This document shows, piece by piece, positions 1 through 12,055 of a stretch of DNA of 32,497 nt (positions are counted from its first letter, which is position 1; each line of letters starts with the position of its first letter). The position numbers were made by a program, and so were the translations under genes. This DNA is from Chiloscyllium plagiosum (taxonomy: Eukaryota), in NCBI RefSeq assembly GCF_004010195.1, contig NC_057756.1, positions 6,344,037-6,376,533 on the forward strand, read 5' to 3'. A model generated the notes under the pieces. That model did not search any database, was not told the DNA's origin, and worked only from the letters and a program-made list of their open reading frames with translations.

Positions 1-1400
1 ATTTTGGAAAATTACCACAAGTGCATTTGCTATTCCTCCTGCCATTTCTTTTAGTACCCTGAGATGCATTCCACTGGGGCCTTATCGACTTACTGACCTT
101 TAGCTCCATTAGCTTGCCCAACATTACCTCTTTCGTGATAATGATTGTTTCCAGGCCCTCACCTACCTTCATCTCTTTGTCAATTACTGGTATGTTATTT
201 GTGTCCTCCACTATGAAGACCAATACTAAGTACCTGTTCAATGCCTCGGTCATTTCCTCATATCCCATTGCTAAATCCTTCGTCTCATCCTGATTAGGAC
301 CAATGTTTACCTTAGCCACTCTTTTTTGTTTTATATGTTCAGAGAAACTTTTGCTATCTGTCTTTATATTCTTAGATGGTTTATTCTTATCATCAATCTT
401 TCTTTTCTTTATAGCTTTTTTTGTGGCTTTCTGTTGACCTTCAAAGTTTTCCCAATCTTCTAGTTTTCCACTGGTCTTTGCCACTTTGTACACCTTCTCT
501 TTTAATTTGGTAGCCTCCCTTATTTCCTTAAACACCAAGATTCACCCTTTTCCTACAGTCCTTCCTTTTCATAGAATCCCTATAGTGTAGAAACTGGCCA
601 GTGAGCCCAACAAGTCCACACTGACCCTCCAAACAGCATCCCTTCCAGATCCACGCCCCTACATTTCTCATGGCTAACCCATCTAGCCTGCACATCCCTG
701 AACTCTTTGAAACATTGCCTTGAAAGTCCTCCACTGTTTGTCAACTGTCCCACCATAAAGTCATTGCTTCCAGCCTAATTTAATGTACTACTCCCTCGTC
801 CTATTGTTGTCTCCTTTGTTTAAGCACAAGATCCTGGTATTGGATTTTATCTTGGCACTTTCCATCTGTATACTAAATTCAACCAGACTGTGAGCACTCC
901 TTCCAAGAAGATCTCTAACTATGAGATCATTAATGACCAGATCTAGGATAGCCTGCCCCCTTGTCAGTTCCATTACATGCTGTTCAAGAAAACTATTGCG
1001 AATACGTTCAACGAACTTGTCCTCAAAGCCACCCTGACTGACCTGGTTAAACTAATTAACATGCAAATTAAAATCCCCAAGATAATTGCTGTAGCATTTT
1101 TACAGGCATTAGTTATTTCTTTGTTTATTACCCCCTCCAATGTGATGTTATTATTTGGTGGCCTATCGATTACACCTATTCTTAGAATTTCTAATTTCTA
1201 CCCAAATGGATTCAACCTTATTCTCCATGAAACTTATGTCATCTCTCACCACTGCCCTGATGTCATCCTTAAATATCAGAGCTATACCACCTCCCTTACC
1301 CTCCTTTCTAGCTTTCTGAAATCGTCTGATACCCCTGGATATTTAACTCCCAGTAATGACCATTCTGCAACCATGTCTCCGTAATAGCAACTAAATCACA
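1..1400 (-). mobile_element. Decayed CR1 LINE, endonuclease and linker part of ORF2; runs off the window edge
   Basis: Minus-strand peptides such as EQ/GQAILDLV..INDLIVRDLLGRSAHSLVEF match the CR1 AP-endonuclease (LDLVL...LGxSDH). Many stops and frameshifts. Confidence 0.85.
570..706 (-). mobile_element. 3' fragment of HE1-like SINE inserted in CR1
   Basis: atagaatccctatagtgtagaaac..gcccaacaagtccacac..cctgcacatc resembles the reverse complement of the SINE 3' end seen at 19361-19678. Confidence 0.75.
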
Positions 1401-2421
1401 CTCATTATCATAATGGCCTGCTTCCACACTGCATGGATTCTATGATTCTCTGTCATGCCTTCTTCGCTATTTTATCCTCCTGTCTTGAGACCTTAAGGTT
1501 GGTGCATACCAAGGTCTCTCTGATCCTCAGTGCTTCCCACCGTCTGATTGATCATCACGTGTTCTCATGCTTTGTTTGTCCTGCCTCACAACAATCTGGA
1601 TTGAATGCCATTTCCAGAGGCAGTTGAGATAATTATCTCACAGTGATCATATTGGACACAGAATATATAGAAGAAAACAGCACAGGAACAGGCTCTTTGG
1701 CCCATGATGTTATGCCAAACATGACGCCAAGTTAAACTAATCCCTTCTGCCAGCCCTGGACCATATCCTCCCATTCCTTGCTTATTCATATGATTACCTA
1801 ACAGCCCCTCAAATGTCCCCATCGTACCTGCTTCCACCACTATCCAGGCATTTCTGCCTTCCAGGCATCTCTGTGTAAAAATCTTCCCCCTCACGTCTTT
1901 TTTGAAATTTTCCCCTCTCACCTTAAATGTATGCCCTCAACTATCAGACATTTCAACTCGGGGAAAAAGATTCTGACTGTCAACCCTATCTCATAATTTT
2001 TATGAACTTCTAGCAAGTCTCTCCTTGGTTTCTGCTGTTCCAAAGAAAACCCTAGGTGCCCAGCCTCTCCTCATAGCTCATACTGTCTAATCCAGGCAAC
2101 ATTTTGGTAAACCTTTCTGCATCCACTGCAAAGCCTCCACGCATTCCTTCAGTATGGTGAATAGAATTGAGCACAATACTCAAGTACAGCCTCATCAAAG
2201 TTTTATGAAGCTGCAACATCACTTCCTGACTCTTATACTTAGTGCCTGACCATTAAAAGCAAACATGCCATCCACCTTCTTTACCACTCGATCTACTTGT
2301 GTGGCCACTTTAAAGGAGCTATGGACAAGGATCCCAAGAACCCTCTGTACATCAATGCCATTTATTGTCCTGTATACTTTCATTAACATTTGGTACCCCA
2401 AAGTGCAATACCTCACACTTC

Positions 2422-2729
2422 CATAGAATCCATACAACGTGAAAAAAGGCCACCAGGCCCACCAAGTCCACACCAACCCTCTGAAGAACATCTCACCCAG
2501 ATTCATCCCCTTGCCCAATAGTCCTCTACCTCCCACGACCAATGCACTCAACCTACACATCCCTGGACACAATGAGCAATTTAGCACGGTCAATTCACCT
2601 AACCTATGCATCTTTGGGCTGTGGGAGTAAACTGGCCACGCAGAGGAAACCCACGCAGGCATAGGGAGGATCCACAAAGACAGCCACTCGAGGCTAGAAT
2701 CAAACCTAGGTAACCAGTAAGCCACCATG
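2422..2729 (-). mobile_element. HE1-like SINE, older copy, nested in CR1
   Basis: catagaatc tail, caagtccacacc, ggaaacccacgcag and gccaccatg head remnants. The CR1 sequence resumes on both sides. Confidence 0.8.
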
Positions 2730-2789
2730 TAACTCACCTGCCCAGATTAAACTCCATCTGTCATTCCTCCACCCATATAAATCCATAAA

Positions 2790-2992
2790 TTCATATGAAA
2801 AAGGAGTAGAACTAGACCATTTGGCTCATTGCATTTGCTCTGTCATTCAATCATGGCTCATATGTTCCTCGCCTCATTTTCCTGCCCTTTCCCAAATACC
2901 CTTCAACCTTTCCCAAAAACCCTTCAGATTTACCAATTAAAAATCTGTCTAACTCCTCCTTAAATTTACTCACTGTCCCGGCATCTACCAGA
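2790..2992 (-). mobile_element. Short 5'-truncated CR1 3'-end fragment nested in CR1
   Basis: ggagtaga..gaccatttggctc..cattcaatcatggct resembles the CR1 tails at 3900-3990 and 30001-30156. Confidence 0.65.
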
Positions 2993-3899
2993 CTTTGGTA
3001 TCTGCAACTGATCTATATCTGTCTCCTTTGATAACCTTCTACACTATCCACAATGCCCCCAATCTTTGTGTAATCTCCAAACTTACTAACTCACCATTTA
3101 TGTTTACATCCAAGTCATTTATAAAAAGCAGAAACTGCCGAGGTTCCACAACGGATTGCTGTGGAACACCAGTACTCTCGTCCCTCCAGTCTTCCACCAC
3201 CACCTTCTGACTTCTACAGGCAAGCTAATTCTGAATCCAAATGGCCAACTCACCATGGATCCCATGCCTCTTAATCTTCTCAATGGACCACAAAGGACCT
3301 TGCCAAAAGCCATACTAAAATCCATGTAAACAACATCATTTGCTCTACCCTCATCAGTCAGCCTTGCCACGTCCTGAAAGACCTCAATAGTGTTAGCAAG
3401 ACCCTGCTGAAAGCCATGCTGACAGTCCTTAATTTGGCTTGTGTTTCAAATGTACTTAAATCCTATCCCTAAGAAGCCTATCCAATAGATTCCAAACCAC
3501 TGATGTGAGACTCACCAGTCTGTAATTTCCTGAATTATCCTACTTTCCCTTCTTGAACAGAGGAGCAGCATTAGCTACTCGCCAGACCTCAGGGACCTTG
3601 CCAGTTGCTAGCAAGGATACAAAGATATCAGTCAAGGCCCCAGCAATCTCCTCTCTTGCCTCACTTAAAAACCTAGGGAAAATACCATCGGGCCCTGGGG
3701 ACTTATCCACCTTATTACTGTTCAACTGACCTTATACTGCTTCTTTCTTGATTTCAAAATGCCCTGCCAGATTAGCATGCTCCACACTAGTCTCATTATC
3801 CTCAATGTCCTTCTCCTCAGTGAATACCAAAACATTTAGGATCTCGTCCACATCCTCTGCCTCCAAACACAAGTTTCCTCCTTTATCCTGGAGTGCTCC

Positions 3900-6008
3900 A
3901 TAAAACCAAAGGACATAGGTGTAGAAATTAAGCCATTCAGCCCATTGAGTCTCCTTCACCATTCAATCATGACTGATGTGTTTCTCAACCGCATTTCCCC
4001 GTTTGCTCCCCTTAACCTTTGATCCCCTTGATACTCGAGAACCTGTCTATTAAATATACTCAATGACCTGGTGTCTACAGCCTTCTGTGACAATAAATTC
4101 CATAGATTCACCACTCTCTCATTGAAGAAGTTTCTCCATATCTGTGTTCTAAAACTCTGAGGCTATATCGTCAGGTCCTAGTCTCTCCCACCAATGGAAA
4201 TATCTTCCCAACATCTACTCTGTCCAGGCCATTCAGTATTCTGTATGTTTTAATTAGATTCTCCCCTTATCCTTCTCAACCCCCACAAATATAGACCTAG
4301 AGTCCTCAAAAATTCCTCATATGTTAAGCTTTTCATTCCTGGACCATTCTCATGAACCTCCTCTCAACATGATCCAAGGCCAGTACATCCTTTCTGAGGC
4401 TAAAACTGCACACAATACTCCAAATGTGGTCTGACCAAAGCATTTTACAGCCTCAGAAGTACATCCCTGCTTTTATATTCAAATCCTCTCAAAATAAATG
4501 CCATCACTGTATTTGCTTTCCTATCTACTGATTCAACTTGCAAGTTTACCTTGAGAGAATCCTGGACTAGAACAGTCAAGTCTCTTTGCACTTCAGACTT
4601 CTGAATTTTCTCCCCATTTAGAAAATAATCCATGCTTTCTGTGCGGCACCTTGTCAAAGGCCTTTTGAAGTCCAGGTAGATAATAACCAATGGCTCTCTT
4701 TGGTCTAACTTGCTCATTATTCCTCAAAGAATTCTAGCAGATTTATCAGGCATGACCTACCCTTGATGAAACCATGCTGACTTTGCCTTATTTTGCCATA
4801 CACATCTAAATATTCAGAGATCTCATCCTTCACAGTGGATTCCAGGATCTTACCCAAGGCTGAGGTTAGGCTAATCAATCTGAAATTTTCCGTCTTTTGC
4901 CTTACTCCCTTCTTAAACAGGAATGTTACTTTAGCAACTTTCCAGTCCAGTGGGACCCTCCCTGATCTTAACAATTCCTGAAAGATTACCACTAACACTT
5001 TCACTATCACTTCAACTATTTCCCTTTGAACCCCGTTGTGCAGTCCATCTGGTCCATGTGGTTTAGCCACCTTCGGGTCATTCAGTTTTTCTAGCATCTT
5101 ATCCTTGGTGATGGCCGCCATACTCAGTTCTTCCCTCCCCCTCCCCCCACCCCCAACCCCCACCACCTTGAATTTTTGTATTATTACTCATGTGGAGACT
5201 AGCGTGGAGTAATTATTCAATTCCTCAGCCGTTTTCTTGCTCCCCACTACTAACTCTCCAGCGTCATTTTCCAGTGGCTCAATGTCCACTTTTGCCTCTC
5301 TTTTGCCCTTCATATAGCTAAAGACTCTTACAGTCTTCCTTTATATTACTGGCTAGCGTACCCTCATATTTAATCTCTTCCCTCCTTATTTCTTTTTTTT
5401 TGTTGCCCTCTGTTGGTCTTTGTAAGCTTCCCAATCCTCTGGTTTCCCACTGCCTTCGCTACTTTCTATGCTTTCTCTTTTGATTTCATGCTATCCCTGA
5501 CTTCCCTTGTCAGCCACGGTTGCCTCATCCTCCCTGTACCAGGCTTCTTTTTCCTCGGGATGAATCTCTGCTGTGTCTCCTAATTTACTTCCAGAATCTC
5601 CTGCCTTTGCTGTTCCAAGTCTTTCTTGCTAGCCTCCCCTCCCAGTCAATTCTGCCCTGCTCCTACCTTATGCCTCTGTAGTTGCCTTTGTTCAGCTGTA
5701 ATACCGTTATGCTGTAACACCATTACCTCTGATTCTATCTTCTCCCTCTCAAATTGCAGACTAAATTCAATCATAGTATAATCACTCTCTCATAAGGATT
5801 CCTTCACCGTAACCTCCTTTATCAATTCTGCCTCATTGCATAACACTAAATCCAATATTGCCTGTTCCCTCCCGGGCTCCACCACAAGCTGCTTCAAAAA
5901 GCAATCTCTCAGACATTCCAGAAATTCCTTTTCTTGCAATCCACGACTCACCTGATTTGCCCAGTCCACCTGCATATTGATCACTGTAACTTTGCCTTTC
6001 CTACACAT
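3900..6008 (-). mobile_element. Second CR1 LINE nested in the first, internally deleted
   Basis: Peptides EQAILDLVLCNE, GPDGLH, NFRLISLTS, QHGFIKGRSCLINLLEFFEE, YLDFKR; own 3' tail at about 3900-3960; RT internal deletion near 4640. Confidence 0.85.
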
Positions 6009-6468
6009 CCTATTCCTTGTTATCCTCTTGTTTTTAATGCTTGTAGAAAATGATTTAGGATTCTCTTTAACCCTACTCGCTAAGGATATTTCATGGCTCC
6101 TCCTTGCTTTCCTAATTTCCTGCTTGAGTTCTTTCCTACTTCCTTGACATTCCTCATGGGCCCTGTCTGATTGTAGCTTTCTAAACCTTGTGTGCTTCCT
6201 TTTTCTTTATAACTAAATTCATATCGACTAAATCTGACCCTCGTCATCAAGGTGTCCCATGTCTTGCCATCCTTCTCCTTCCTTCTTGCTGAAAATTACT
6301 GCTCCTGAACTCTGATCAATAGGCATTTAGACAACAATAACAGCTAGCTCAATAACAGCTACTCCTAATTAACTCTTCCCAGCTCCTGCCCAATACTGAC
6401 ATAATTTGTCCTCCCCAAATTTAGTACCTTCCCACAAGATCCTGACTTATCCTTATTCATAGCTACCT
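6009..6468 (-). mobile_element. CR1 host element, part 2 (continuation of 1665-3895)
   Basis: The reverse complement gives the ..RVKENPKSF.K.KR linker that normally precedes the LxDKGGNL peptide interrupted at about 3895. Confidence 0.7.
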
Positions 6469-6769
6469 ATTGATCAAGGGATTTGTGGCTGTCAGTCAGG
6501 AGAGGCTTGTGAAATCTGATGATTCTGCCCTTGTGTATTCTCCGGTCAATGTGAGAGTCAGAGTCCTTTCAGAGCAAACACTCTCCCCCTCCCTTCAAGG
6601 TGGAGGCCAGGAACATCTGTGTTTTCGAGAGTGGACAAGGGAAAAGGTCATTTCAAACAACAAGAGAACCAGCATTGTGAAACTGAGAACTGAGACACAC
6701 TCGGGGTTTTACCCAGGCCCACCCTGGGCCTTACAAAATCTATTCCCACTCTGCTCTCTCCAGAGTATA

Positions 6770-7000
6770 TAATATCCTACCCATTCTAATCCCATTCTCT
6801 CCCTCATTCCCTGTATACTTTAATATCCTACCCAGTCCAATACCCTTCCCCTCCCATACTCTACGTACATTTTAATATCATCTAATCCCATTACCTCACT
6901 CCCACCACCCTTTAATATCCTCTTCATTCCTTGCACCCATTAATATCTCACCCATCAAGTCCCAACCTCCTCCTCATTCCTCACATGCTTTAATATCTTG
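6770..7000. repeat. Degenerate pyrimidine-rich tandem repeat
   Basis: Recurring taatatcctaccc...ctccctcattcc units about 40-55 bp apart. Confidence 0.6.
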
Positions 7001-7139
7001 TCCAAATTAATTATATTCTCCTCTTCACTTACTGTAGATTTTAAAATACCAACCAGGCTAATCCAATTACTTGTTACTCACAGCTCCCATTTATATCCTA
7101 AAATATCTCATACGCCTCTCCCCCACAATTTCAATGAGT

Positions 7140-7325
7140 TCAATTCTTTTCGCCCCGTGACATTGAAGGAACAGCAATATATTTGCAAGTCAGGATGGTA
7201 AGTGGTTAGGAGGGTAACTTGTTCCCATATATCAGCTACATTTGTCTTTCTGGGTGGCAGTGGTCATGGCATTGAGAGGTGCTATGTAAAGAAGCCTTCG
7301 TGAATTTCGGCAGTGCATCGCTTCA
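7140..7325 (-). mobile_element. 3' fragment of a second non-LTR family (CR1/L2 group; called family B here)
   Basis: gtgacattgaaggaacagcaatatatttgcaagtcaggatggt matches 15128-15170 and 27481-27520. Confidence 0.7.
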
Positions 7326-7804
7326 ATGGCATAGAGTCCAAATTCAGTGGTGAAGAGACAGTTCTTCTCAAAATATCCATCCCTTAGTACTGATCCTCTG
7401 ACAGCGCAGCACTCCCTTTGTACTGCCACTGCCACTGTGCGGCACTCCCTCATTAATCCTACCACAGACTAATCTCTCTCTCTCTCTCTTCACCTTCCCC
7501 TCACTACCACTCTCCCTCACTCCAGTTCAGTTTCACCATCTTTTCAGATTCTCCACACTGCCCTAAATATTTCTCTTTCTTTCCCTTGTTTTAAGTTTGG
7601 TCTCTCATCCAATACTCACAGTCCAGCTTGCACTTCTCTGAACAGTAGACAGAGGAAAATTGATCGAGGGAGCATCTTTCTGCTCTCTGTCTCACAATCA
7701 CCAGAAAAATGAGATTCTGACCTGCTTACAACAGCTATATCAACTCAAGAAGGTCACTGACCGGTGTTTCAACATCAGCTCTGAGGCATTCTGTAAACAG
7801 AGTT

Positions 7805-8268
7805 TACAGGGAGCGAGGTTGGAAGCTCAAAGTTAGAACGAACAGAGTGGTTGTCTCTGGTTTGTTACCCGTGCCACGTGATAGAGAGTCAAGGAATAGG
7901 GAGAGAGAGAACAGTTAAATGCGTGGCTACAGGGATGGTGCAGGAGGGAGGGATTCCGGTATTTGGATAACTGCGGTTCTTTCTGGGGAAGGTGGGACCT
8001 CTATAAACAGGATGGTCTGCACCTGAACCTGAGGGGCACCAGTATCCTTGGTGGGAGGTTTGCTAGTGCTCTTGGGGGGGGTTTATGGAATGCCCTGCCA
8101 GTAGCAGTGGTGGACTCTCCCTCTTTATGGGCATTTAAGCGGGCATTGGATTGGTATATGGAGGATAGTGGGTTAGTGTAGTTTAGGTGGGCTTGGATCG
8201 GCGCAACATCGAGGGCCGAAGGGCCTGTACTGCGCTGTATTCTTCTATGTTCTATGTTCTATGTTCTA
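7805..8268 (+). mobile_element. Short young CR1 derivative: ORF1 esterase C-terminus joined directly to the ORF2 tail and 3'UTR
   Basis: SGLLPVPR..QLNAWLQGWCRREGFRYLDN..WDLYKQDGLHLN (SGNH-esterase ORF1), then WNALPVAVV..FKRALDWYM (ORF2 end), ggccgaagggcctgtactg and (ttctatg)n tail. Confidence 0.85.
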
Positions 8269-8689
8269 AGTGCAGTGTATTTACAGAGTGCAACCTCAGC
8301 TGACTGTTCATCAAATAGCAAGCAGAGAATCAATGTGTGAGACAGAGATAGAGAGGCAGAGAGAGAGAATAACAATTAGATTGCAGTGTAACCATGGCTT
8401 TCTACATGGTCTGTCCTGTATCTGACCCAGGAATGATTGATTGGGATCATGAACAGGGAACTTTACTTTCATTTCAAAAGTTTAGAGAATGCTTTACTTT
8501 GTAACTAATCCTGTGCCATATCTGTTCTGGGAATGTTTGATGGGGACAGCAGCAAGAGAGCCTTATTTTGTAACTGGTCCCACTTTTATACTAGCCCACT
8601 CGCCTATGTACCTGTGTTTGTGTATGATAAGGAGTTGTAGTAAATGTTGATGGGGTCCTAAAGGACATCGGTCTGCAGCAAGTGGTGGG

Positions 8690-10450
8690 GAGGTGGGGGG
8701 GAACCAGCAAGTGGGAAAAACATACTCATCCTCACTAATCTGCGGGCTGCAGATGTATTTGTTCACAATAGATATCTGTAAACGTGACCACCGCACAGTC
8801 CTTGTGGAGACCAAGTTCTACCTTCAAATTTAAGAATAACCTCCATCATGTTATGTGGCCCTATCACTGACTAAATGGGACAGACTTCAAATAGATCTTG
8901 CAACATAAGACTGGACTTCCATGAGGCACTGTGAACCATTACAACATTTACAGTAAAATGGTACTCCAACACAACCTCATGGCCTAACATATCCCCTCAT
9001 CAAGCATTACCATCAAGCCAGGGGATCAACCCTGGTTCAATAGAGGGTGCAGGAGGGCATGCCAGGAGCTGAACCAGATATATCTAAACATGAGGTGTCA
9101 ACCTGGTGAAGCCACCAAATGGAACTATTTGTCAAACAGTGTAAGCAGCAAGTGATAGGCAGAGCTAAGTGATGCCACAACCAACAGATCAGATCTAAAT
9201 TCTGCAGTCTTGCCAGACACAGTTGTGAATGGTGGTGAACGACTAAACAACTCATTGCAAGAGGAGGCTCCCCATCCTCACTGATGGAGAAGCCCAGCAC
9301 ATCAATGCAAAGGATAAGGCTGAAGTATTCACAGCAATCTTCAGTCAAAAGGGCAGAATGGATGATCCTCCAGTGGTCCCCAGCAGTCACTAGTATCACA
9401 AATACCCATCTTCAGCCAGTTCAGTTCATTCCATATGATATCAAGAAACAGTTGAGAAATATTCATTTAGAACAGTAATTTATTGTCACTAGTATTTTTA
9501 CAAAAAGCACTATGAAATGTATTTACGTTGCCATACTCTGACACCGATATTAATAACAGAAAACAGTGACCTAGGACTAACCACCTTCACCTATTTCATC
9601 ACTGACCTTCCTTCCATCTTAAGATCTGAAGTGGCAATGTTCACTGATGACTGCACAATGTTCTGCAACTCCGCAAACACTGAAGCAGTCCATGCCCAAA
9701 TGCAACAGGACCTGGCGTGAGGTGAAAAATGGCATGTAACATTCTGCAACACAATTGCAAGACAATGATTGTCTCAAATAAAAGACAATCTATCATTCAA
9801 TGGTGTTACCATCACTGAATCCCCACTATCAATATCCTGAGGGTAACCATTGACCAGAAACTGAATTGAACCAGCCACGTAAAACAGTGGCTAAAATGGG
9901 CAGGCTGTGAATACTGCAAAATGTGACTAAAGCCTGTCCATGATTTGCAAGGCAAAGGTCAGAGTGTGATGGAATATTCCCCGCTTGCCTGGATAACTGC
10001 AGCTCTAATGACATTCAAGAAGTTTAACACCAACCAGGACAAAGTAGCCCGCTTGATTGGCACAAGCATCCATTCCCTCCACCATCCATTCACTCCACCT
10101 CAGTAGCAGCTGAGCAGTGTGAACTATCTACACGATGCACTGCAGAAACTCACAAAGGCTCCCTTATACAGCACCTTCCAACTCATCACTACTTTTATTT
10201 AAAAGGACAAGGATGGCAGACACATGGGAACATCGCAACTACAAGTTCTCCCTCAAGTCACTTTTCATCTGATTGGAAATACTTCGCTGTTACTTTGGGT
10301 CACTGGGTAAAAATCTGCGAACTCTCTTCCCAAGGGCATTGCAGGTCAGCATACAGCTCACAGACTGCAGCAGTCAAAGAAGGCAGCTCACCATTCCTTT
10401 CTCAGGGAGCAAAGAGGAAAGGGAAAGAAATGCTGGCCAAGCCACAGATG
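8690..10450 (+). mobile_element. Family B non-LTR retrotransposon, deleted and decayed
   Basis: Peptides DLPSILRSEVAMFTDDCT (RT YADD-like) and KPGDQPWFN; large RT deletion around 9460-9565. Confidence 0.8.
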
Positions 10451-10719
10451 CCCAGACCTCAACAAGCCTTCAAACCTCTTAACCCATTCTGAATATCTAT
10501 CATTCTGTATGTTATCCAAACAGAACCCTTCCCCTTGATCCTAGTGTGTGATTTGGTCTGTTTAGTTTGCTGATAACTAAATTATAGAGTTCTCTGCCCT
10601 GGTTTACTGCATTCTCCAGGAGTTAACTGTCTGCACTGCACTGTCTTGCTGTTTCTGATGTGGGAAGGACTCTGCCTGTCTCCATATTAGAATAGGAGTA
10701 AGTGGGAACTGAGAACATA

Positions 10720-10816
10720 TTCATGATGAAGGGCTCATGCTCGAAACATCGATTCTCCTGTACCTCAGATGCTGCCTGACCTGCTGTGCTTCTCCAGCTC
10801 CACATTCTTTGACTCC
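10720..10816 (+). mobile_element. Penelope-like element terminus with degenerate hammerhead core
   Basis: atgatgaagggctcatgctcgaaacatcgattctcctg..gctgcctgacctgctgtgc, the same motif as 16648-16730 and 28221-28300. Confidence 0.7.
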
Positions 10817-11356
10817 ATTATAGAATAGACCCATTATTTACATCTATGATAGATGAGGTTGCAAGTCTTTGAGATGCAGAGGGATCAGCGTGTCCTAGTG
10901 CATGGGACTTGGCTGAAAGAGGGACAGGACTGGCAGCTGAATGTCCCAGGATTCAGATGTTCTGGGTATAATAGAAGGAGATGTAGAAGGGGGTGTGGTA
11001 GATTTATTACTGGTAAAGGAGTATCTTACAGCTAAACTGAGGAACAATACATCAGAGGACTTGTGCAGCAAGGCAATGTGGTTCAAACTCAGGTGTAGGA
11101 GAGGTGAAATCACAATGCTGGGAGTGTGCTGCAGGCCTCCCAACAGCCAGCTGGAGATAGAGGAGAGAATATGTAGACAGATTTTGGAAAGTTATAAAAA
11201 CATCAGAGTTGTTGTGGTGAGTGATTTTAACTTCACCTACATTGACTGAAACTCACAATGTGCTAGGGGCTTGGCTGGGGCAGAATTTGTAAGGACCATT
11301 CAGGAGGGTTTCTTGACACAGTATGTAAACAGTCCAACTAGGGGAGTGGTTATACT

Positions 11357-12055
11357 TGCTGTGCCTGCCACACAGTATGCTTTAGTTCTCATATCTAGCA
11401 AAAGAACAGTGAGTCGGCTCAATAATAATAAAACAATAATATTTATTTAACACAATTAACACTATCATGACAAAATACACGATAAACTAATAATTTACAC
11501 TCCAAATGTTATCTTGCGTTTTAACTTTGTTCTGGATGGTCATATATCACCAACACGAGAGCTTGGCCATGCTCCACCTGGTGATGTCATCTGGTCTTCT
11601 CTCATTGACTTCAGGAAAAATGTAGAGTAATGGGGTACAGGTTTGGGTGGGGGTGGATTACTCTTTGGAGGGTCGGTGTGGACTTATTGGGCCAAATGGC
11701 CGGCATCCACATTGCAGGGATTCAATGAAATGTAGACTCCTCCAAATAAGGGTATGAGACATCCCTGTATCTGGTACACACCTCGATGTTTCCGATCACC
11801 CTGAGGATGACATTCCGTTTACTCCATTCAAACCTAAATTTAGGTGTGTACAGTATTGTGAAGCGTCTGTAGCTACCACATTTGTTTGCAAACTGCCGGT
11901 GGGTAGCTTCAGCCTGTCTGGATTCTGCAGCATATTGATTAACCCAGTCATTTAGGTCAAAGCTGGTTTTCATTTCCCAGCATGCCTTAGTCCTTGTCCA
12001 TTTCTCATCAAATCCATTGTAAATTTTATCATTTTGGGCAGCCTTTCCAGCCACA
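11357..12055 (-). mobile_element. Solo-LTR-like insertion in CR1
   Basis: TG...CA termini; 4-bp flanks tact (11353-11356) and aact (12056-12059); removing it restores CR1 ttatactggacctg; minus-strand AATAAA at 11442-11447, about 85 nt from the 3' end. Confidence 0.75.
11627..11727 (+). mobile_element. 5'-truncated SINE inside the solo LTR
   Basis: gggtcggtgtggacttattgggcc SINE 3' end; exact 9-bp TSD aaatgtaga at 11618-11626 and 11728-11736. Confidence 0.85.

Larger units (their letters stand above)
1665..3895 (-). mobile_element. Decayed CR1 LINE, RT domain and 3' end (host element, part 1)
   Basis: Peptides KSPGPDGIFPRFL, DVVYMDFSMAFGKV, QVDRVVKK; CR1 3' tail (acagcacaggaacaggc..ttggccc) near 1670-1710. 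Confidence 0.85.

Noticed and set aside
977..1384. 135-aa plus-strand ORF
   Set aside because: It is antisense to the CR1 endonuclease region, with no independent coding signal.
5133..5167. C-run tract (G-quadruplex-capable on the minus strand)
   Set aside because: It is a simple slippage expansion inside a dead CR1, with no evidence of function.
6470..6772. 100-aa ORF in non-repetitive sequence
   Set aside because: Non-ATG start, no recognisable motif and no consistent splice signals on either strand.
11722..12054. Loose likeness of KFRFEWSKR...SYPY to the C-terminus of protein-primed PolB (Polinton/adintovirus)
   Set aside because: Only a few residues match and there are no catalytic motifs. 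The TG..CA, TSD and polyA layout fits an LTR better. An HMM search would be needed.
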